From: Patescibacteria group bacterium
Lineage (GTDB): Bacteria; Patescibacteriota; Minisyncoccia; Phycocordibacterales; Phycocordibacteraceae
Direction: 5' to 3'
DNA length: 64,000 bases
Assembly: GCA_018970425.1 (NCBI GenBank)
Contig: JAGWWK010000001.1
Location: 144,845-208,844, forward strand
Shown: positions 57,847 through 64,000 of the stretch, one piece after another
How positions within the stretch are numbered: position 1 is the stretch's first letter
Layout of the letters: each line of letters starts with the position of its first letter
The notes under the pieces: generated by a model
The model's database searches: none
What the model was told of the DNA's origin: nothing
The model's input: only the letters and a program-made list of their open reading frames with translations
Translations under genes and position numbers: made by a program

Positions 57847-58059
57847 TTATTTAGCGGCGGAACGTGTGCGCGCGGCGCGCTCTGGACGGGCCTTTTTGTT
57901 AATCAGGGTGCGACCTCGATACGTACCACCCTCTAGGACAACCCGATGCCGCGGGTGCACCGTTCCTTCAGACGTTGTGGCGAGGGCGCGATTCTTAAGC
58001 GCGTGATGCGAACGGCGATTCGCCGAGTGCCCGCGCGTATGACGCATTCGTACTACCAT
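57847..58059 (-). CDS. rpmF: 50S ribosomal protein L32 (Cys-less form)
   Basis: RHTR....RRSHHAL, PRHRV, G.YRGR. Confidence 0.9.
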   Translation of the reverse strand: MVVRMRHTRGHSANRRSHHALKNRALATTSEGTVHPRHRVVLEGGTYRGRTLINKKARPERAARTRSAAK

Positions 58060-58129
58060 GAGAGTGAGTGTAGCACGGCGAGCGCCCTTCGTCTATCCGC
58101 GCGCCAAACCGTCTGTTTTGATTACCTAT

Positions 58130-58282
58130 CTAATTGAGTGGTGATGCAGAAACCACCAGTAGCGCGAGTGCAACAGACGTGACCCTCAAGGCATTGACCA
58201 CCGTATCCCACTCATAAAAGTTGGGCGCCGGGGAGTGTCCGCGCGCTTCTACGCCAAAGGCTCCATGATTCAGGGAGGGCAA
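58130..58282 (-). CDS. Possible 50-aa peptide with C-terminal hydrophobic helix
   Basis: TTG-initiated frame ending ...EWDTVVNALRVTSVALALLVVSASPLN*; start uncertain. Confidence 0.25.
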   Translation of the reverse strand: MPSLNHGAFGVEARGHSPAPNFYEWDTVVNALRVTSVALALLVVSASPLN

Positions 58283-58310
58283 TCATACGCCTCGGGGTAT
58301 GAAAAAGCAA

Positions 58311-58793
58311 CTACTGACTCGCCTCTGTGTTGTTCTTCATCGACTCGGCAAATTCAGTAAGAACAGTTTCCGTCGCGGCAGCCAGCGCCTGTATGAGGTC
58401 CTTCTGCTCGAATCGGTCTTTGAAGAATGCCGCAACCTCCTTCAAGTCGGGCTGACCATTAGAGTCTTGCGCCATTTGCATAAGTTCTCCCTTGTCGTCA
58501 TCGGTCATTTTTTCTCCGAGACGCATCAAAAGATCTGCGGAAATGGCCTCCATGAGGTTTTGCTCGACCTTCTTGCGATCATCTGGCTCAAGCTGCATGG
58601 TCTTGAGAGACGCATCTATATCACGGTATAAGTTGAGTACTCGCTCCGCGAGAGCGCGGTCTTCCGGAGCCATCGGCGGGAGCATCGAAGTATCTATTTT
58701 TGAAAAATCGGGCATTCCGTCGGGGCCCATCGGAATTTTGGGCATTTGCGGCATGCCGCCCTGATCATCGGTTTGTTGTGTGTCGTCGCTCAT
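58311..58793 (-). CDS. Acidic helical hypothetical protein
   Basis: 160-aa ORF with Met/Pro-rich N-terminus; leaderless-type -10 element 6 nt upstream. Confidence 0.75.
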   Translation of the reverse strand: MSDDTQQTDDQGGMPQMPKIPMGPDGMPDFSKIDTSMLPPMAPEDRALAERVLNLYRDIDASLKTMQLEPDDRKKVEQNLMEAISADLLMRLGEKMTDDDKGELMQMAQDSNGQPDLKEVAAFFKDRFEQKDLIQALAAATETVLTEFAESMKNNTEASQ

Positions 58794-58797
58794 GCCG

Positions 58798-59385
58798 CTA
58801 TCCTAGCACGAGCTTTGTCAAAAAGCTTTTCCGATGCACAGGACTCGATCCGTGACGTGCGAGGGCCTCTAGGTGAGCACGTGTTCCGTACCCTTTGTGT
58901 GACTCGAAACCATATACGGGATAGAGAGGGGCGACTGTGCTGACCATCTCGCGATCCCGCGTTACCTTCGCGGCTATAGCCGCGAGTGCTATCGCGGGCA
59001 CGAGCGCGTCTCCGTGAATAATTGACTGCTGCTCGTACTCTTGCGGGGCGTGCAATCCAGCATCAAGAGCAATTTCGGCATCGGCAGGGTTAATCTCGAG
59101 GTCCCTGAGGCCGCGCGCTACCGCACGAGCGATTGCAACCTGGATACCGAGAGTGTCGATTACTTCCGCAGACTCTGCATAGACGCCAAAGCGAACTCTT
59201 CCCTCTGCCTGAAGTTCCTCAAGCGCACTATATACCCGCTCCCGAGCCGCTTCAGTCATACGCTTGGAGTCATGAATGCCGGCAAGCGGTATGTGGCCGT
59301 GAGACACGACAATACCCACCATGACCGGCCCGGCAAGCGGTCCGCGCCCTACTTCATCAATACCAACAATGATTTTTTTTCGCAT
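58798..59385 (-). CDS. rnhB: Ribonuclease HII
   Basis: GIDEVGRGPLAGP, DSK, GD, AKVTRD, HKGYGT..H, HRKSF. Confidence 0.96.
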   Translation of the reverse strand: MRKKIIVGIDEVGRGPLAGPVMVGIVVSHGHIPLAGIHDSKRMTEAARERVYSALEELQAEGRVRFGVYAESAEVIDTLGIQVAIARAVARGLRDLEINPADAEIALDAGLHAPQEYEQQSIIHGDALVPAIALAAIAAKVTRDREMVSTVAPLYPVYGFESHKGYGTRAHLEALARHGSSPVHRKSFLTKLVLG

Positions 59386-59403
59386 ACAGACTACACTGTT
59401 CTA

Positions 59404-62400
59404 GTGAGCACTTTTTCACACCTGTCCGCGCATAGCCACTATAGCCTTTTACATGCGCTACCGCAGATAGACGCACTCGTCGATGCCGCGGTAGCCGCCC
59501 GCATGCCAGCGATTGCGCTCACCGACCGCAACAACCTGTACGGCGCGATTGAATTCTACAAGGCGTGTACGAAAAAGAACATCAAGCCAATCATAGGAGT
59601 AGACCTCGATCTCATCATCCGCAGCGAGCGAGGCACGATCATACTACTCGCTGAGACATTTGCAGGGTACCAAAACCTCATGCGTCTCGTGTCCCGCGCG
59701 CAATACTCGTCACAAACGGATCCTCACGCAACCGAGCATGACATTGAAGAGTTTGGGGCGGGACTCATCGCGCTCATTCCTGACCGCTGGACGGGCAGCG
59801 CGGCAGCCGAGCCGCTCGCTGCGCTTCTCACCCGAGTACTCGGCGCGGATAGCGTGTTTGTTCGCTTGGGCTGGAACGGTGACCGTGAGCGTCAGGAGCG
59901 CACTACGCGCTTCGCGCACTCGCTCAAACTCCCTACCATTGCGGCGGATGATATTTACTACCTCGCGCCTGAAGACCGCGACGCGCTTGATGTCGTGCGG
60001 CATATCCATGACCCAAGCACTCCTCGCGAAACGAATGACTTAGCATTTGCGTCTCAAGAGACAATGGCGGAGCGCTATCGCGACTACCCTACAGCCGTGG
60101 CGGCACTCGAGAGTGTTGTAGCCCGCGTCTCGGTCACGCTGACTCTTGGCAATTGGATTTTCCCGACGGTTGAAATACCTGACGGCACGACATATGAGGG
60201 GGAGCTCCGGAAAGCGGCAATCGCTGGCATCGCGCACCGCGGCCTCACGGAGTCTGCCGACCTCATGGCGCGCATTGACTACGAACTCTCGATCATCGGA
60301 CAAAAAGGATTTGCTCCCTACTTCCTGGCTGTGGCAGACCTGCTTGGGTATGCGCGGCGTGAAAAAATTCTCACCACGACCCGAGGGTCCGCGGCGGGCT
60401 CGTTCGTCTCGTTCCTCACCGGCATCACGAACGTAAACCCATTAGACTACAAGCTGCCGTTCGAGCGCTTCCTGAACCCCGGCCGCCCCAAGGCGCCGGA
60501 TATCGATATGGACATCTCTGATGTGAAGCGCGATCAAATGGTCGAGTATGTAAAGAAAAAGTATGGTGAGGACCGCGTGGCGCAGATCGGTACCTTTGGC
60601 ACCATGATGGCGCGCGCCGCCGTACGCGATGTTGCCCGGGCACTCGGCTACAGCTACGGCATAGGCGACCATATCGCAAAGTGCATTCCTGTCGGAAGTC
60701 AGGGATTTCCTATGACGATCGAGCGTGCGCTTGAGCTCGAGGAGGATTTGCGGAAACTATACCAATCCGATGACGACGCGGAGCGCATCATCAATATGGC
60801 AAAGCGGATTGAGGGGAATGTGCGCCACATTTCAGTGCACGCCGCGGGCGTCGTGGTCGCGCCAGGGCCGCTTACGGACTACACGCCAGTCCAGCTCGAC
60901 CCAAACGGCGGCAAGCGTATTACGCAATATGACATGTACGCACTCACCGACGAGTATGGCGGAGTCGGTCTTTTAAAGTTCGACTTCCTCGGGTTAAAAA
61001 ACCTCTCGATTCTCGCTGACGCAGTTGAACGAGTTGACCGCCGGCTTGGCATCGCGGTAGATATTGAAACAGTGCCCGTTGATGACCGCGCTACCTTTGA
61101 AATGCTCGCGAAAGGATTTACGGAAGGCGTATTCCAGCTTTCCGGCGGAGGAATGACGCGCTACCTCAAGGACCTCCGCCCAACATCAATCCACGATATC
61201 AATGCGATGGTTGCGCTCTATCGTCCGGGTCCGATGGACTCCATTCCGGAATACATTCGGCGCAAGTACAATCCCTCACTCATCACATACCTCGATCCGC
61301 GAATGAAAGATATTCTTGAGCGTTCCTACGGCATTATCGCGTATCAGGACGATGTGCTCATGACCGCAATTACTATTGCAGGGTACTCGTGGCTCGAAGC
61401 CGACAACTTGCGCAAGGCGATGGGAAAAAAGAACCCCGCAGAAATGGAAGCCCAGAAAGAAAAGTTTCTCGCGGGAGCGCAGTCTTTCGGAAAAATATCG
61501 CGTGAGCGTGCTGAAGCGATATGGAAACTTATCGAACCATTCGCGGCGTACGGGTTTAACAAAGCCCATGCAGCAAGTTACGGTAAAGTCGCGTACCAAA
61601 CTGCGTACATGAAGGCTCACTACCCCGCCGACTACATGTCGGCGCTCATGAGCGCCGACTCGGGCGATGTCGATTCCATCGCACTCCATGTTGCTGAGTG
61701 CGAGCGACTCGGTATCTCGGTGCTACCGCCGGACGTAAACGAGTCATACAAAAGCTTTGCCGTAACGAAGCAGGGTGCCATCCGCTTCGGTCTGCATACC
61801 ATCAAAAACTTTGGCGATGGCGCCGCGCGCGCGATTATTGATGAGCGTCAGGCCAACGGAGACTTTACCTCTATCGGCGACTTCGCATTCCGCGCCCCCG
61901 CCGCACTCAATAAGCGTGCAATAGAGGCGCTTATTAAAGCGGGTGCGCTCGACCGCTTTGGTGAGCGCACCGCAATGCTCGGCGCTCTTGAAGCGATTGT
62001 TGCCGCGCGTGGTCGCGAGGAGTCGTCAGACTCACAGAGCGCGCTGTTTACCATCGTGGCGCGAGCTCCGCGCATAACGCTGTCAACCGCAGTCACGCCG
62101 CTGTCAGAAAAACTCGCGTGGGAGAAGGAGCTGTTAGGTATCTATGTCTCCGGTCACCCCATCGACAAGTTCCCTGAAGTTCGAGAAAAATACCGCGGCT
62201 CGGTGCGTGCGGCAGTGCTTGAGGAACGGTCGGGGTACCCACGCGTTGTTGGCGGCGTTCTTGAAGGAGTGAAAACAATTATTACAAAAAAGGGCGATCG
62301 CATGGCGTTCCTGACCATCGCAGACAAAGAGGCAACAATTGAGGCTGTCGCGTTTCCCAAGGTGTACGCAGAGTTGAAAGATGCACTCACCCCCGGCACG

Positions 62401-62481
62401 GTCATTCTTGCCAAAGGAACCATAAGTCGCCGAAATGGTGAACCATCGATACTCGTAGACAAATGTAAAGTTGTCGGCTAG
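59404..62481 (+). CDS. dnaE: DNA polymerase III alpha subunit
   Basis: RGSAAGS, FERFLNP.R...PDID.D, SVHAAG, KFDFLGL, YGFNKAH; start reassigned to GTG 59404. Confidence 0.96.
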   Translation: MSTFSHLSAHSHYSLLHALPQIDALVDAAVAARMPAIALTDRNNLYGAIEFYKACTKKNIKPIIGVDLDLIIRSERGTIILLAETFAGYQNLMRLVSRAQYSSQTDPHATEHDIEEFGAGLIALIPDRWTGSAAAEPLAALLTRVLGADSVFVRLGWNGDRERQERTTRFAHSLKLPTIAADDIYYLAPEDRDALDVVRHIHDPSTPRETNDLAFASQETMAERYRDYPTAVAALESVVARVSVTLTLGNWIFPTVEIPDGTTYEGELRKAAIAGIAHRGLTESADLMARIDYELSIIGQKGFAPYFLAVADLLGYARREKILTTTRGSAAGSFVSFLTGITNVNPLDYKLPFERFLNPGRPKAPDIDMDISDVKRDQMVEYVKKKYGEDRVAQIGTFGTMMARAAVRDVARALGYSYGIGDHIAKCIPVGSQGFPMTIERALELEEDLRKLYQSDDDAERIINMAKRIEGNVRHISVHAAGVVVAPGPLTDYTPVQLDPNGGKRITQYDMYALTDEYGGVGLLKFDFLGLKNLSILADAVERVDRRLGIAVDIETVPVDDRATFEMLAKGFTEGVFQLSGGGMTRYLKDLRPTSIHDINAMVALYRPGPMDSIPEYIRRKYNPSLITYLDPRMKDILERSYGIIAYQDDVLMTAITIAGYSWLEADNLRKAMGKKNPAEMEAQKEKFLAGAQSFGKISRERAEAIWKLIEPFAAYGFNKAHAASYGKVAYQTAYMKAHYPADYMSALMSADSGDVDSIALHVAECERLGISVLPPDVNESYKSFAVTKQGAIRFGLHTIKNFGDGAARAIIDERQANGDFTSIGDFAFRAPAALNKRAIEALIKAGALDRFGERTAMLGALEAIVAARGREESSDSQSALFTIVARAPRITLSTAVTPLSEKLAWEKELLGIYVSGHPIDKFPEVREKYRGSVRAAVLEERSGYPRVVGGVLEGVKTIITKKGDRMAFLTIADKEATIEAVAFPKVYAELKDALTPGTVILAKGTISRRNGEPSILVDKCKVVG

Positions 62482-62512
62482 CCCTAGAGAGCACGTATCT
62501 GTTGAGAGTTTG

Positions 62513-62540
62513 TTGACAGAGCTCCTCCGCCCGCTATAGT
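62513..62540 (+). promoter_or_regulatory. Sigma70 promoter upstream of thrS leader
   Basis: TTGACA-16 bp-TATAGT. Confidence 0.6.
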
Positions 62541-62552
62541 TAACTATAAGTG

Positions 62553-62631
62553 CTGTCTCTGTAGACAGAAGCTCGGTGGAACCGCGGTTCGCAAGAATCG
62601 TCCGAGCAGGGTTATTAACTCTGCTTTATTT
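62553..62631 (+). promoter_or_regulatory. T-box riboswitch 3' domain (stem III, antiterminator, terminator)
   Basis: CTGTCT/AGACAG hairpin; AA-GCTCGG-TGGAACC-GCG-GTTC-GCAA-GAAT-CGT-CCGAGC; overlapping AGCAGGGTT/AACTCTGCT followed by TTATTT. Confidence 0.85.
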
Positions 62632-62633
62632 GT

Positions 62634-64000
62634 ATGTCCACTGAACTCGAACACAAACGTCATACCCTCGCTCACCTGCTCGCCGCTGCGGTTTTAGGTG
62701 CATACCCGCATGCAAAGACAACACTCGGCCCAGCTATCGACGACGGATTCTACTACGACATAGACTTCGGTATCGGAGAAAAACCGAATGACGAAGCACT
62801 CAAGAAGATCGAAAAGCAGATGCGAAAGCTCCTTCCGTCATGGAAAGAGTTTACACACGAAGTCGTCACTGCAGACGAAGCGAAGTCGCGCTTCCCTGGC
62901 AACGTCTATAAACACGAGCTTATTGATGAAATCGCTGCGCGCGGTGAGACGATTACGCTCTACACCTGCGGAAACTTTACCGACCTCTGCCGCGGCGGTC
63001 ACGCAGAGCATCCAAACAAGGAAATCCCTGACGACTCGTTCGTCCTCGACCGCATTGCAGGCGCCTACTGGCGTGGCAATGAAAAAAATCCGATGCTCAC
63101 GCGCATATACGGACTCGCATTTGAATCTAAGGCGACACTCGATACCTACCTCACTGCGCGTGAGGAGGCCAGAAAGCGAGATCACAAAAAGCTCGGGCCA
63201 GAGCTCAAACTATTTACCATTTCCCCGCTTGTCGGCGCAGGACTCCCGCTACTTCAACCGAAGGGTGCGATTATTCGCCGAGAAATCGAGGACTACCTCT
63301 GGGAACTCCATGCACATGTGGGCTATAGTCGAGTCTGGACCCCGCACATCGCAAAGGAAGACCTCTATCAGACTTCAGGTCATGCCGCTAAGTTTGGCGA
63401 TGAACTCTTCCGCGTATCTGGTAAGGATGAAAAGTTTTTCCTGAAGCCGATGAACTGTCCGCACCACATGCAGATCTATGCGGACAATCAGTTTTCCTAC
63501 CGCGATATGCCCGTCCGATACTTCGAACCAGCAACAGTGTACCGTGACGAAAAGACGGGGCAACTTGGCGGGCTGACGCGCGTGCGTTCAATCACGCAGG
63601 ATGATGGTCACTTGTTCTGCCGTGAATCGCAGATAGGGGCGGAGGTATCGTCAATCGTAGGCATCATCACCCGCTTCTATACAACGATGGGGATGATGGA
63701 CGGATACTGGGTTTCACTCTCCGTTCGTGACGCGGATCACAGCAAGTACCTAGGTTCTGACGCTGTTTGGGCAACCGCAGAAGGGGCCCTCGAGGAAGCC
63801 GCGAGAGCAAATAACCTGCACTACCGTCGTGTCGAGGGAGAGGCTACGTTCTACGGGCCCAAACTCGACTTTATGTTCAAAGACGCCATCGGACGTCAGT
63901 GGCAACTTGCGACAATCCAGTGCGACTTCAACCTTCCGGAGCGCTTTGACCTCTCATACGTCAACGAACGCGGTGAGAAAGAACGCCCCGTAGTCATTCA
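62634..64000 (+). CDS. thrS: Threonyl-tRNA synthetase (partial, lacks N-terminal TGS domain)
   Basis: MSTELEHKRHTLAHLL, GFYYD, DLCRGGH, GAYWRG, RDHKKLG, KPMNCP, FYGPKLD. Confidence 0.96.
   Translation, partial: MSTELEHKRHTLAHLLAAAVLGAYPHAKTTLGPAIDDGFYYDIDFGIGEKPNDEALKKIEKQMRKLLPSWKEFTHEVVTADEAKSRFPGNVYKHELIDEIAARGETITLYTCGNFTDLCRGGHAEHPNKEIPDDSFVLDRIAGAYWRGNEKNPMLTRIYGLAFESKATLDTYLTAREEARKRDHKKLGPELKLFTISPLVGAGLPLLQPKGAIIRREIEDYLWELHAHVGYSRVWTPHIAKEDLYQTSGHAAKFGDELFRVSGKDEKFFLKPMNCPHHMQIYADNQFSYRDMPVRYFEPATVYRDEKTGQLGGLTRVRSITQDDGHLFCRESQIGAEVSSIVGIITRFYTTMGMMDGYWVSLSVRDADHSKYLGSDAVWATAEGALEEAARANNLHYRRVEGEATFYGPKLDFMFKDAIGRQWQLATIQCDFNLPERFDLSYVNERGEKERPVVI

Noticed and set aside
59041-59403. 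121-aa N-terminal extension of DnaE (similar extensions on rnr, dus, trx-like, rpsP)
   Set aside because: Overlaps the divergent gene; homology and -10 spacing point to downstream starts.
62535-62548. Perfect palindrome TATAGTTAACTATA as an operator or reverse promoter
   Set aside because: AT-rich, coincides with the -10 element, and no second copy was seen, so it cannot be supported independently.

Overview
Gene-dense stretch of a standard-code (TGA=stop) bacterial chromosome. Gene content and streamlined architectures (short SMC, TGS-less ThrRS, N-terminally truncated PrmC, Cys-less L32, several Dsb proteins, almost no biosynthetic genes) suggest Patescibacteria/CPR, Parcubacteria-like (inference). 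It is mostly core genome: cysS (partial), nrdAB, fba, dnaX, dus, hisS, rpoD-dnaG-rpoC-rpoB, trmD, khpA, rpsP, rnr, malic enzyme, gdh, smc, rnc, nusB, rpmF, rnhB, dnaE, thrS (partial), tRNA-Gln, two ABC systems and a Na+/H+ antiporter. I saw no CRISPR array, integrase or transposase. The most interesting signals are non-coding or very small. (1) A T-box discriminator/antiterminator plus terminator upstream of thrS seems to lack the anticodon-reading Stem I. (2) Two related covarying hairpin leaders, each under its own promoter, precede tiny membrane ORFs between nhaP and rpoD. (3) The antiporter has a structured 85-nt leader. (4) Leaderless -10-to-start spacing is pervasive, including overlapping back-to-back promoters in ~20-bp gaps. 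(5) Small membrane peptides are hidden in intergenic gaps. Unusual proteins include a P1B ATPase with a CAD motif, a hinge-less SMC, a NusB-Nudix fusion and a YHS-ABC ATPase fusion. All structures were read by eye; no folding or database searches were run.
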